From: Hemiscyllium ocellatum
Taxonomy: Eukaryota
DNA: 64,000 bases
NCBI RefSeq assembly: GCF_020745735.1
Contig: NC_083407.1
Span: 89,085,857-89,149,856 of the forward strand
Reading direction: 5' to 3'
Shown: piece by piece, positions 38,071-51,160 of the stretch
Layout: each line of letters opens with the position of its first letter
Position numbering within the stretch: position 1 is the first letter of the stretch
The notes under the pieces: model-generated
Database searches by the model: none
What the model was told of the DNA's origin: nothing
Seen by the model: the letters and a program-made list of their open reading frames with translations, nothing else
Program-made: the position numbers and the translations under genes

Positions 38071-39886
38071 GTGTACAGTGAAAGTTGCCCAGCGTAAGGT
38101 AGTTAGGTTGACTACCAGGTTTTAAAACAGACAAAAATTTATTCACAAAATTACACAATGAAACACAAAGAACAGACTAAACCGCTACAAAACTCAGTCT
38201 ATCCAAACTAGACTTATAATGCTGTTCTGAATATATACAACAGTCTCCCTTAAGTAAAGTAAAAATGAAACAAAGGCTTACAGGTTGAAGTTAGAAGGGC
38301 AGAAGGAGACACAGCTTAGCAGCCTGTTTCCACACAGCCCACAGCTAAACTCCCATTAGTTCTGAACTAAACTGTTCAGCTAGTAAGCTGGCCACACTCC
38401 TTTGATTTATATAGACTACTTCTAAAAACATCAAAGCTTTGGCCTAAAGTCTCATCTGTTTATGTATGAACAAAAAGACCTCTCAATACCCTTTAATCTC
38501 TGTACCAAACCGGTCTAACTGGGGTCAGGAGCTCTTTACAACCCCTCCGGAAAAAAAACCAAGGACACAGTATCGTTGAGAAAAGGAACAACTTTTAGAA
38601 AAATGGACCAGCTTTGTGACACCTCACCTCTTTAAAAAAATGAACCATCACATTCTTAAAACCTTCAAAAACAAACTGATCAGTAGTCTATAAGACCCAT
38701 ATGCACTATACTAATGATACACATGCAAACATGCACAACCGCATTTGAATTCAGGCTGTGGCACACCCGCCACATAATCCTTCTATATCTCATTCGAGTC
38801 TCCATAATGCATTAGCAATCACGTTTTTATGACCTGCCACATGCGCAATTGTCAAATTGAATGGCTGCAACACAAGCTCCATCTAAACAGTCTGGCATTT
38901 TTGTTCTTAAATTTTTCCACAAATGTCAATGGGTTATCATCAGTGTATACGATTGTCTCAGATGCATTGCTGGTAATATAAGCATGGAAATGTTGTAATG
39001 CCAACACCAAGCTCAAAGTCTCTTTCTCCACCTCTGAATATTTCTGTTGATGGACATTCAACTTCCTGAAAAATACCCGATGAGTCTTTCTATTCCCTCA
39101 TCATCCTCCTGCAGGAGTATGGCACATCACTGGCATCAATAGCCACCTTGAAAGACTTTGGTTAATCAGGTGTGGCTAATATTGGGGCAGTGGTTAACTC
39201 AGTTTTTCTGCTGTCAAATGCCTTTTGACAGTCCACTGTCCACTGTAACTTCTTGCCCTTCTTTAACAATTCGGTGAGTGGATCAGCCACACTGCTGAAG
39301 GTCGGCACAAACTTTTGGTAAAATCCACTCAATCCCTGGAACAGTACTACTGCTTTTTGCATCGATGGTGTGGGAAATTCCCCAATTACCTTTGTTTTTG
39401 CATCCCGTGGGGCCATTTGTCCATGTCCAATAACATGGCCCAGGAAGGTGACTTGGGCTTTGGCAAATTCACATTTAACCAGGTTTGCCACCAAGCCTGC
39501 CTTCCTACGTCAATTGAACAAGTCCGATAAATGCTGTAAATGTTCCTGAAGTGACTGACTAAAAATCACCAAGTCATCAATGTAAACATCACAATTGCTA
39601 ATCCAGCAATGACCTTATTAGTCAGACTCTGAAATGTGGCTAGAGTGCTTTTCAAACTAAATGGCATGACTTTGAACTGATATAGTCCATTTGGCATTAC
39701 AAAAGCCGAAATCGCATTTGCTCTTTCTAACAGAGGTACTTGCCAGGAGCCTCTGAGCAAATCCAACTGAGAAATGTGAGTTGCTTCTCCCACTTTTTCA
39801 ATACAGTCCTCCAACTGTGGGATTGGAGATGCATCAGTCTTTGTAACAGCACTGACTTTGCAATAGTCCACACATAACTGTTGGGT

Positions 39887-40096
39887 TCTGGATCAGTGGT
39901 GCTGGAAGAGCACAGCAGTTCAGGCAGCATCCAATGAGCAACGAAATCGACGTTTTGGGCAAAAGCCCTTCATCAGGGGGCTTTTGCCCGAAATGTCGAT
40001 TTCGCTGCTCGTTGGATGCTGCCTGAACTGCTGTGCTCTTCCAGCACCACTGATCCAGAATCTGGTTTCCAGCATCTGCAGTCATTGTTTTTACCT
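39887..40096. mobile_element. fold-back PLE mini-element inserted in Gmr1 RT
   Basis: Near-perfect palindrome with exact 15-bp TSD ACATAACTGTTGGGT at 39872-39886 and 40097-40111; splits the RT frame at QQLC|VDYCK. Confidence 0.9.
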
Positions 40097-41020
40097 ACAT
40101 AACTGTTGGGTGCCATTTGGTTTTGGCACTATTAGTATGGGTGAGCTCCAGTCACTGTAACTCACTCTGATGATGCCATCTTGGAGCATGTGTTCGATCT
40201 CCTTCCGAACCTGTGTCAACTTTAGAGGGTTATGCCTATAAGGATGTTGTTTAATCGGAACAGCATTTCTTATATCGCCATCAAGCACAATTAGGTTCGC
40301 ACTTCCCAGTTTATTTCTGCAGATCTCCCCATGTGATAGCAATAACTTTTTCAGGTCATTTTGATTTTCTTGTGGAAGGTAACTCAATAATTTATCCCAA
40401 TTTTTGACAACTTCCTCATTGTCCAAGTTGATTTGAGGAATATCCAACTCAGAATCCTCTGAACTTGGTTCTTCTCTCTGTGCTGTAATCTTAACACCTT
40501 CTCCTCTTTCTTTCCTTCCCTATCAAAGTACCTTTTGAGTATATTTTGAGCATCTGTGTGAGATTTCTTCATTCTAGAGTCCTTATCAAGTAGTTCACCT
40601 CACTCCATTTTCTCTTGATTTGATGCAGTCCACTAAACCTTGCTTTCAAGTTTTCACGCATTACTGGAAGTAAATCAATACCTTATTCCAATTGCAAAAT
40701 TGTGAATTTGTGATATTTTATCTGCTTCTTGTTTCATTGTATGCTGTGATACTTTTAAATGCTGTCTATCCAACTCTCCAGCTCTACGTAGTCATTCTCT
40801 AGATTTGAATTGCTTTATTCCCAAGTTATCCATAATCTCCTTGAATAGCTTGGATGTGAAGTTTGACCCTTAATCTGACTGGATCTCTATTGCTACAACC
40901 CTTTTAGCTGTAATATTGCATCATGGGATTGCCTCTGGAAACATGGTCGATACATCCATTATTGTTAATAAATGCTTATTCCCACATTTTGTTTGAGGTA
41001 GGCAAACTATGTAATCAGGC

Positions 41021-41227
41021 GAAAGTGAGGACTGCAAATACTGGAGATTAGAGTCAAGGGTGTGGTACTGGAAAAGCACAGCAGGTCAGGCAGCATCTGA
41101 GGAGCAGGAGAGTTGATGTGTCAGGCAAAAGCCCTTCCTGATAAAGGGTTTTTGCCTGAAACGTTGATTCTCCTACTTCTTGGATACTGTCTGACCTGCT
41201 ATCCTTTTCCAACACCACACTCTAGAT
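41021..41227. mobile_element. fold-back PLE mini-element inserted in Gmr1 integrase
   Basis: Palindromic arms; imperfect TSD CTATGTAATCA / CTATGCAATCA. Confidence 0.8.
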
Positions 41228-41824
41228 CTATGCAATCAAACAAGATTGTTGTGAAAGGTTCATCAAATGCTGGAATAGGTACTAAAGATGCAGGTTCAAT
41301 TACTGCCTGTGGTTTTCTGATTAGCTGACATGTATGACACGTCTAGCAAATTTCAACAGATCCTTGTATAGTCCAGACCAGTAAAAATGTCTTTGTATTT
41401 TAGCTTATATTTTCCTCACTCCTAAATGACCTCCAAGTGATAGCTCATGCACCACTCGCAGTATCTCCTTGCTATACCCTACTGACAAAACAATAGGATG
41501 AATCTCTGCCCATTTCTCATCTGCTTGAATGTGTGATTGTCTACATTTCCTCATTAAGATATCATTTGTTAAGTAATAATGCACAGGGATGCATTTATTC
41601 TCTTTCTCTGTGTATGCCTTTTGATATAACGGTTTTAAATTCTCATCTTTCTGTTGTAACTCAGTAAGCTCAGCAGAGCTAAATACTTGCATGTTTATTT
41701 ATTTGCTCCTGCTGTGTCCCACTTATTTGATAAAAAAATTCCCTGATAAAGCTATTTCAGTATCCTTATCTGTGCCTTTTGGTCTCTTCTGCTTCAGCTT
41801 GTGCCTCTGTGATCTTGTGATTGT

Positions 41825-42066
41825 ACTCTCCTCACTGTATACCCATGACTGCGTCGCCAAATACCAGACTAATGCAACTTACAAGTTCGCTGATGGCACC
41901 ACCATAGTCGGTTAAATCTCAGATGGCAATGAAACAGACTACAGACGGGAGGCGGAAGACCTAGAAAAATGATGCACTGAGAACAGCCTAGCTCTCAATG
42001 TCAGCAAAACCAAGGAACTCATTATTGACTTTCGGCGGGAGGTTACTCATGCACCCCCTCCCCCCC

Positions 42067-42107
<41 letters not shown>

Positions 42108-42753
42108 ACACATTATCAGCACAGAGATGGAATGAGTGGAGAGTGTCAAGCTCCTGGGAGTGGTCATCCACAACAAGCTTTCTTGGATTCTTCATGTGGA
42201 CACATGATCACAAAGGCCCAACAATATCTCTTCTTCTTCAGGCAGCTGAGGAAATTTGGCATGATGGCGAACACCCTTGCCAACTTTTATGGGTGCTCCA
42301 TCAAGAGTCTAGATGTATCACTACCTGGTATTGCAACTGTACCATTCAAGATTGGAGACGGTTAAAGAGAGTGGTGAACTTGGCCCGGACAATCACAAAG
42401 GCCAACCTCCCATCTATAGAATCCATCTACCAGACCCGCTGTCAAGGAAAGGCAGCCAGGATTCTCAAAGATCCATCCCACCCTGGCAATGTTTTTCTAT
42501 AACCTCTACCATTGGGCAGAAGGTACAGAAGCCTGAACACACACACCAGACGGTTTTGAAACAGTTTCTACCCTACTAGAATACTGAATGGACTCACAAA
42601 CACTTAACATTCACCTGTACCCGTGTTTTTGTTTTTGCTGCTGTTTACCTATTATTTACTTAACTCTGTGATCTGCCTGTATTCTCGCAAGACAAAGCCT
42701 TTCACTGTGTCTCGGTACACATGACAATAAATTCAATTCAATTCAATTTAATT
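41825..42753 (+). mobile_element. Rex1/Babar-like LINE 3' part nested in Gmr1
   Basis: LYTHDCVAKYQTNATYKFADGTTIVG (RT motif), FFFRQLRKFG, ILKDPSHPG; AATAAA followed by an (ATTCA)n tail. Confidence 0.8.
42067..42112. repeat. (CA)n microsatellite
   Basis: Directly visible. Confidence 0.95.
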
Positions 42754-43683
42754 GGGATCACACAATCTGGATAAACATCCTTCATTACCTGCTACTCTTT
42801 ACCTGCTACTCCTGGCCTATGTGAATACTCTTTACCCTTGCATGTATATTTTTAAGCAGATCTGGCACTTTTTCCTTAATCAACCTCTGATTATCTTGTA
42901 CACTCTGAGGCAGTTGTCTAACTTCCCTTGTGCTTTCTGATACTAGTTCAACAAAACTCCCAGGCTTGTCTGGTTTTCCTACACCTGGCTTTCTCCTAGA
43001 CCACCAATACTGTGATTTTGTGTTGCACACTTTATTACAACTAAATCACTGGAGCTTTTTAATTTCTTTGACCCCCTCAAGGGTTTCTTTTTTACCCTGT
43101 AATTTATCCTTATGATCTTCACTGGGATCTACCTTTCCCTTTCCAAGTGAGGATTTCTCTTTGCCCAGTTTCTATCTCTCATGGACTGAAATTGATTCTG
43201 GAAGCCAAACCGAGTTTTATGAATCAGCTCATAATCCTCAGGCACTTCCGCTGCGAACCTTGCTGTTTTAACTCTCTGCTCTTCCAAATGGGTTTGCACT
43301 ACTTCAGGCAGTGAATTTTTGAATTCCTCCGAAATAACTTGCTCTCTAAGGGCGTTGTAGGTTCGCTTGATTTTCAAAGCTCTTATCCATCTATCAAAAT
43401 TACTCTGGTTTGATTCTTTCAAACTCAATATAGGTTTGACTAGGGTCCCTACTTTGATTCCTGCAACATTGTCTATAGGCTGCTGGTACCAGCTCATATG
43501 CACTTAAAATGGCTTTCTCACCTTGTCATACTCCCCAGATACCTCCTCTGATAGGGATGTGAATACCTCACTAACCCTACCTCGCAGTTTTGTTTGGATC
43601 AACAAAACCCACATTGCCACTGTTGGACCTGTTTAGCCACTTTTTTAAATGATACAAAAAAGGCTTCCACTTTTTCTTCCCTT

Positions 43684-43986
43684 AGGGGCGGCACGGTGGC
43701 ACAGTGGTTAGCATTGCTGTCTCACAGCGCCAGAGATCCGGGTTCAATTCCCGCCTCAGACAACTGACTGTGTGGAGTTTGCACGTTCTCCCCGTGTCTG
43801 CGTGGGTTTCCTCCGGGTGCTCCGGTTTCCTCCCACATTCCAAAGATGTGCAGGTCAGGTGAATTGGCCATGCTAAATTGCCCATACTGTTAGGTTAGGG
43901 GTATGGGTGTGTTGCGCTTCGGCGGGTCGGTGTGGACTTGTTGGGCTGAAGGGCCTGTTTCCACACTGTAAGTAATCTAATCTAAT
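43684..43986 (+). mobile_element. HE1-type SINE nested in Gmr1 gag
   Basis: A/B boxes, core and (AATCT)n tail. Confidence 0.9.
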
Positions 43987-45699
43987 CCTTCTCACCAAAT
44001 TTAGACAATGCTTGCACATACTTCAACAGTTTCTCATCAGGCTTTCGCCCACCATGGGGTTGCCTGGTCCACTCTCTTCCTCACTAGACTTGCCTTCAGC
44101 CTTCATCTCCATCCATTGAAGCTGACTTTCATTTTTAAGTGTCAGTTTCTGAAGTTCAAACTCTCACTCTTTTTCTTTCTCTTCTGAAAAAGCCATTTTT
44201 CATTTTCTTTCTCTTCTGCTTTTGACCATAACTCAAACTACTTCATTTTTGCTGCCCTTTCCTTATCTCTCACCTCTAATTCAAGCTACTTCATTTGCAA
44301 TTGAATTCTTGCCATCTCTATAGATTCTGATGGTGTGTCCAGCAAGTTTAAATGCTGAGCTACTGCTGTAATTATCTCTCCTCACAGAAGGAGCCAGCTC
44401 CAACCCAGCTTGTCTGCTAAGTCTTGCAGCTTGGTCTTATTCACCTTTTGCAAAACTTTCAAAGTCACCGCATCTGCCTCTAGAAAACATCTGACAACTG
44501 AGAGAGCCATTGCTATCCCAAGCCTTGTCTACCTAATCAAACCAACACCTGAAATAAGACACTAGCACCTACCACTTGCTGTTTAAAATCCCACAAAGAG
44601 TCCCCAATCTGTTATGGCCTAGGCCAGATCAGTCAAAACAGTCTTAAGCAGGGAGACATAGACCTAACTTGGCACGTTGTTTTGGTAAGCTACAGTGAAA
44701 AATTACCCAGAGTAAGTTAGTTAGGTTGACGACCATGTTTTAAGTCAGACAAATATGTATTCACAAAATTACACAATGAAACACAAAGAACAGAATAAAG
44801 AACACCTACAGAACTCAGTATATCCAAACTAGACTTAATTATGCTGTTCCAAATATACACAACAGTCCCAATCAGCAAGCCCTTAACCACAGTAAAAATG
44901 AGATAAAGGCTTACAGGTTGAAGTTAGAAGAGCAGAAGGAGAGACAGTTTAGCAGCCTGTTTCCACACAGCCCACAGCTGAACTCCCACTCGTTCTGAAC
45001 TAACCTACTCAGCCATAGAGCTGGCCATGCCCCCCTGACTTACACAGGTTACTTCTAAAATATAAAAGCTTTGGCATAAAATCACATCTGTTTATGTATA
45101 AACAGAAAGGCCTCTCAAAGTCTTTAATCTCTGTACCAGACCAGTCTAACTGGGGTCAGGAGCTCTTTACAACCCCTCTGCAAAAAAAAACAATGACATG
45201 GTATCCTTGAGAAAAGGAACAGCTTTTCGAAAAAAGGACCAGCTTTGAGACGAACTCCACCCCATCACAAGAAGAAAGAAAGAATTCAGCTTCTCACTAC
45301 TGGTGCCCCAAGGATCAGGCCTCAATCAGTGCTCTTGATATACAGGCAGTTTCTGGCTACTTGAGATGCCAATGTTGAGACGTGCAATAGGTTGAAAAAC
45401 TCACCTACATTCATCTATCGACTCTTAATGAGCTGGCAGGGACACTAGTGAATGGTGTTCACTCAGCAATGGGGGTGGCTTGTTAATACTTAACACTCTC
45501 ATCACACACTTTCAATACAACTTGGGAAATTATGCCCTGTAAGTTTTGGGTTACAATATAAGTTCTAACTCTAATATATATTTGTTAATTTGAGACTTTA
45601 ACTTGTCAGACAACAGCAGACAGTCTGGAGAAGGAACTCAAGAGATTTTGCATAAGTTACGATATAGCCCTTATCAAGACAAAGTAATGAGTTTACAAG

Positions 45700-46412
45700 G
45701 TAAACACAATGACTGCAGATGCTGGAAACCAGATTCTGGATCAGTGGTGCTGGAAGAGCACAGCAGTTGAGGCAGCATCCAACGAGCAGCAAAATCGACG
45801 TTTCGGGCAAAAGCCCTTCATCAGGAATAAAGGCAGTGAGCTGGAAGCATGGAGAGATAAGCTAGAGGAGGGTGGGGTGGGGAGAGAGTAGCATAGAGTA
45901 CAATGGGTGAGTGGGGGAGGAGATGAAGGTGATAGGTCAGGGAAGAGAGGGTGGAGTGGATAGGTGGAATAGAAGATAGGCGGAAAAGAAGATAGGCAGG
46001 TCAGACAAGTCCGGACAAGTCATGGGGACAGTGCTGAGCTGGAAGTTTGAAACTAGGATGAGGTGAGGGAAGGGGAAATGAGGAAGCTGTTGAAGTCCAC
46101 ATTGATGTCCTGGGGTTGAAGTGTTCCGAGGCAGAAGATAAGGCGTTCTTCCTCCAGGTGTCTGGTGGTGAGGGAGCGGCGGTGAAGGAGGCCCAGGACC
46201 TCCATGTCCTGGGCAGAGTGGGAGGGTGAATTCAAATGTTGGGCCACGGGACGGTGTGGTTGATTGGTGCGGGTATCACGGAGATGTTCCCTAAAGTGCT
46301 CTGCTAGGAGGCGCCCAGTCTCCCCAATGTAGAGGAGACCGCATCAGGAGCAATGGATACAATAAATGATATTAGTGGATGTGCAGGTAAAACTTTGATG
46401 GATGTGGAAGGC
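45700..46412 (-). mobile_element. Penelope-like element 3' part
   Basis: Terminal repeat with intact HHR plus the GIY-YIG tail (AQHLNSPSHS...LEEERLIFCLGTLQP). Confidence 0.85.
45793..45828 (-). ncRNA. minimal hammerhead ribozyme in PLE terminal repeat
   Basis: Minus strand ATTC-CTGATGA-A-GGGC-TTTT-GCCC-GAAA-CGTC-GATT; perfect core and stem II. Confidence 0.78.
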
Positions 46413-46491
46413 TAAAAGCTTGTTACAGTTCTTGCTTTCTTGATTGATTGATTGCCATGTGTACCGATGTACAGTGAAAAGGTTTGCACAG

Positions 46492-46781
46492 AGATTAGAT
46501 TAGATTCTCTACAGTGTGGAAACAGGCCCTTCAGCCCAACAAGTCCACACTGACCCCCCCCGAAGAATAACCCACCCAGACCCCTTTCCCTCTGATTAAT
46601 GCACCTAACACTATGGATAATTTAGAATGGCCAATTCACCTGACCTGCACCCCTTTGGACTGTGAGAGGAAACGTACACAGACAGGGGGAGAATGTGCAA
46701 ACTCCACACAGAGTGTTGCCCAAGGCTGGAATTGAACCCAGGTCCCTGACGATGTGAGGCAGCGGTGCTAACCACTGCACA
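46492..46781 (-). mobile_element. HE1-type SINE
   Basis: Head, core and (AATCT)n tail. Confidence 0.85.
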
Positions 46782-46789
46782 ACAGGCAG

Positions 46790-47240
46790 ATCATCATAAG
46801 CAAAGATGTACAGTTCCAAAAGATTTAGACAGAGGCACACAGATTGTATTGTTTATTGAGGCTAGAGGTTCCATTCATCAGTCTGATAATGGCTGAGAAG
46901 AAACTGCTCCTAAACCTGCTGATGCTGCTCCTAAACCTGCTGATTCTGCTCATGAACCTGCTGATGCTGCTCATGAACCTGCTAATGCATATGTTCAGGC
47001 TTCCGTATCTTCTGCCTGATGGAAGAGATTATAGGAAGTCATTACCAGGATGTGAAGGGTCTTTGATGACATTGGCAGCCTTTCTGCAGCAGCAAGCCAT
47101 GTAGATGGAGTCCATGGATGGAAGGATGGCTTCAGTGACGGTCTGGGTTTGCACACCAACTTATGCTGTTTCTTATGGCCCTGGGCAGAGCAGTTGCCAA
47201 ACTAGGCTGTTATGCACCTGGATAGTGTGCTTCCAACAGA
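46790..47240 (-). mobile_element. Rex1-like LINE 3' fragment
   Basis: Reverse complement resembles 42350-42570 (IKDPSHPG region). Confidence 0.6.
46904..46987. repeat. 21-bp minisatellite x4
   Basis: Unit CTGCTC(CTA/ATG)AACCTGCTGATG, expanded inside the Rex1-like fragment. Confidence 0.9.
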
Positions 47241-48018
47241 CATGCTGAATTTACTGAGCCAGTTTGGCTTTGGGGTTTATTTACGTTTGCTTGTCGTGTT
47301 GGAGTCACTAACTTGACTAGTGTTAATGCCCGTCAGTAGTTGACCTTGAAAAGCTGAAGGTGAACCCCCTTCTTGAATTACTGTAGTCCATGTGCTGTTA
47401 ATTGACCCACAGTCCAAAGGAGGGGAGAATTCCAGGATTTTGACTCAGTCACTCTGAAGGAATGACAATGTATTTCCAAGTCAAGATGATGAATGACTGG
47501 GGAGGAACTTGCAGATGGTAGTGTTCCCTTGTATCTGCTGCCATTGTCTTTCTAGTGTTTGTGACCACAAACCATAAGACATAGGAGCGGAAATTAGGCC
47601 ACTCAGCTGATCGAGTTTGCTCTACCATTTAATCATAGCTGATAGGGTTTCCAATCCCACTTTCCCCCTGTAACCTTTGATTCCCTTGACAATCAAGAAC
47701 CTATCTGTTTCCGTCTTAAATATACTCAATGGCCTGGCCTCCACAGCCTTCTGTGGCAATGAATTCCAGAGATTCACCACTCTCTGACTGAAGAAGTTTC
47801 TTCTTATCTCTAAAAGACTTTTTCTCTAAGGCTGTGACCTCGGGTGCTAGTCTCTCCTGCCAATGGAAGCATCTTCCCAACGTCCCCTCTGTTCAGGCCA
47901 TTCAATATGCTGTAAATTTCAATCAGATTCCCCCTCATTCTTCTAAACTCCACTGAGTACAGTCCCAAAGTCCTCAATCATTCCTCATATGTTGTGGTTT
48001 GGAAAGTGCCATCTAAAG

Positions 48019-48320
48019 TGGGTGGCATGGTGGCACAGTGGTTAGCACTGCTGCCTCACAGTGCCAGAGACCCGGCTTCAATTCCCACCTCAGGCAACTG
48101 TCTGTGTGGAGTTTGCGCATTCTCCCCGTGTCTGCATGGGTTTCCTTCAGGTGCTCTGGTTTCCTCCTACAGTCCAAAAATGTGCAGGTCAGGTGAATTG
48201 GCCATACTAAACTGTCCATAGCATGAGGTGTAGGGGAATGTGTCTGGGTGGGTTGCTCTTCGGAGGGTCAGTGTGGACTTGTTTGAAGGGTTTGTTTCCA
48301 CACTAAGTAATCTAATCTAA
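48019..48320 (+). mobile_element. HE1-type SINE
   Basis: Head, core and (AATCT)n tail. Confidence 0.85.
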
Positions 48321-49735
48321 AGAGTTTTGGTGAATTTCTGCAGTGCATCATGCAAATGGTATTCACTGTTGCTACTCAGCAATCTCATAAAACAGTGCCT
48401 TGATACCTGGGGATCAGCCTAATGAACCTTCCCCAGACTGCCTTCAATGCTGCTATATCTTTTCATAAACAGGAGACAAAAGTTTTTTCCAGTTTTCCAG
48501 CTGTGGTTTACCTCGTGGTTTACTTAGTTTTCACAAGGTATCCCTATTTTAAATCTCCATTCCTTTAAAAATAAAGGCCAACATTCCATTTGCCTTTTCT
48601 ACTAAATTGAATGTCAGCATAGTGTATTATATACACTGAACTGCAAAATTCATCTGTGCTGTAGATTTCTGCAATCTTCCTTCATTTAAGTAAAATGCAG
48701 CTACTCTATTCTTCCTCCAACGTGCATAATCTTACATTTTCCTACATTATTTTCCAACAGCCAGGTTTTGGTCACTCTGTTAAAATGACTGTATCCCTCC
48801 ACACTCTTTGTGTCATTCTCACCACATGCCTTCCCACCTAAATTTTTGCGCTTAATCTGACCTAATCATGAACCATCAATATCCTTGTTAGTCGTGCAGT
48901 GCTTACTGTTTAATTTTGAAGCACTGGCGTATCTTAAGAACTGACACTTCCATGAAGTCCAAACTTGTGTACTACGTGGTCCTTCTCTGACCTTGAATCC
49001 AATAGAAATATTATGCATTTTTCCATTTAAATGTGCTGATTAGGCTTATGACTGCAATGGTATTTTATATTTGTATCATTTCCATATTGCTTTAAGTCAG
49101 CTGTTCTTTGTATATTTGCATTCACTGTTGTAACACCTCACTGGGTTAACACACTGAAAATCAAGCCCCGCTACTCCCAGAGTTGTCACAAAAGTTAAAG
49201 ATTTTAAAACATGCACAAACTTCCCCAAATTACCTAATTTTCAGACCCAGGCTAATAGAAAGCATGGACCATGAAAGCAGGACCTTGGACAAGAATTACT
49301 ATTTAGTGCAAATAATTATACTCTAATCATAGGTACACAGATAAAAACCACCTATATGTTGATATACTAATTAAAACTCTAATCCTGTTTGAAATAAAAT
49401 TCCCCATACACACATGCAGACACACACAGACATAGACAGGGGAAAAGAAAGCAACATGGACAGAGGGAAACTGGAAAAGCAGTTCCGTCATCTTTGATCA
49501 CGAGATGTGTTATGTTAGTCCTTCTTGATCAAAACATCATGCCCTTGGCACCTCATGGTTTTCTTACTGAATAATTCATATTCTCCAAAAGTATTCTCAG
49601 CTTGGCTGCCTCTGCCCCAATTCCCTGAGCTTATTGGGATAAACACCTCCATGCCCTATTCAAGCACATTTTGCCTCAAATATGAGCTTTGATTCTAATT
49701 CCAGAAGATGTATGACTGTACAATTTTGCTTTCTA

Positions 49736-50225
49736 AGATGTTGTGAAACTTGAAAGGGTTCAGAAAGGATTTACGAGGATGTTGCCAGTGTTGGAGGATT
49801 TGAGCTATAAGGAGAGGCTGAACAGGCTGGGGCTGTTTTCCCTGGAGCATTGGAGGCTGAGGGTGACCTTATAGAGGTTTACAAAATTATGAGGGGCATG
49901 GATAGGGTAAATAGGCAAAGTCTTTTCCATGGGGTTAGGGAGTCCAGAACTAAAGGTTTAGGGTGAGAGGGGAAAGATATAAAAGAGACCTAAGGGACAA
50001 GAGGGTGGTACGTGTATGGAATGAGTTGTCAGAGGAAGTGGTGGAGGTTGGTACAATTACAACATTTAAAAGACATCTGGATGAGTATATGAATAGGAAG
50101 GGTTTGGAGGGATATGGGCCGGGTGCTGGCAGGTGGGACTAGATTGGGTTGGGATATCTGGTCGACATGGATGGGTTGACCGTAGAGTCTGTTTCCATGT
50201 TGTACATCTCTATGACTCGATGACT
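49736..50225 (+). mobile_element. CR1/HER1-type LINE 3' end
   Basis: Matches the family 3' region and tail. Confidence 0.85.
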
Positions 50226-51160
50226 TAATGGTTTACTTTCCATTGCTATTGCTCCATTTTGTTAAATTTTGTCTCGATTTTTCCTGTGTTCAGGTTAACC
50301 ATATTGGTGGAGCATAGTGGGTGAAGACAAAATGTTACAAGTTCCTGATTTTCTCATTGTTGTGGCACACTCAGCCCTTTTGTATGAAGATGATACCAAC
50401 AACTGGGAATGCTGGAGATCTGCAACAACAACAGAAGTTGTTTGAGAAACTCAGTGGCACTAGCAACATCTGTGAGGCAAAAACAGAGTTAATGTTTTGG
50501 ATCTGGTAACATACAACCGATGAAGAGTCATCAGAGTTGAAACATTAACTTTGCTTTCTCCCCTCAGATGCTGCAGGACCCTGCTGAGTTTCACCAGCAA
50601 TTTCTTTTCTTGAATGAAAAGTCATGATGTCAATGCCCAGTTGAATGCGTGTCATCCCGTTACCCAGAGAACATCTTCCAAATGCTTCCCCAGTCTCCTG
50701 TGGGCAGTCAAGCATCACTGGAAATGATTATCTTTAAAACCGAAGAATTAGCCCAGTGACACTTTAATTCTGATACTGTTAATAGTGTTGAAAAATGTTT
50801 AATTCGTTTCCAGTTCAACTCAAGTGTTAGTGTAAGTAGTGTATTTTTATGATTCTTACTTCTGTCGAGCTGTCCTTAAGATTCTCCAACTCCTCAGATG
50901 CTGTCTGCCATTTTTTTCAACTCTGACTCTCCAGCGTCTGCAGTCCTCACTTTCTGCCTGGTCTTGGAATTCATTGAAATTGCCTTTATTGGGCCACTAC
51001 CACAGGGTCCCGGCAGTTTTGTTTTCCATCTACTCATTTTGCATTGATTTATTTTGTGGGTCAAGGGCATCGCAACACACAGTAATGCAGCGTTAACTGA
51101 AGTACACATTATGTTATGCAAACTAACCTGTCAGTTGAGAATGCCACTAATGGTGGAAAA

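Larger units (their letters stand above)
36474..45252 (-). mobile_element. decayed Gmr1-type Ty3/Gypsy LTR retrotransposon (gag-IN-RT-RH)
   Basis: LTRs at 44610-45252 and 36474-38621; the latter is split by a CR1 insertion at 36553-38070. Degenerate tRNA-Pro-like PBS at about 44588-44607; PPT at 38622-38633. SCAN-like gag 43129-43503; integrase His motif HELSLGGHLG in 41405-41692; RT 39566-40447; RNase H 38852-39494. Many stops and frameshifts. Confidence 0.88.

Noticed and set aside
43684-43760. tRNA gene
   Set aside because: The A/B boxes belong to a SINE head that continues into the SINE core and tail; there is no complete cloverleaf.
46844-47104. Leu/Met-rich 86-aa ORF resembling a membrane peptide
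   Set aside because: It is the translation of a 21-bp minisatellite on the antisense strand of a Rex1-like fragment.
49127-49735. Possible solo LTR (also a short candidate at about 3081-3260)
   Set aside because: It looks repeat-like, but I could not identify matching termini, a TSD or a second copy in the window.
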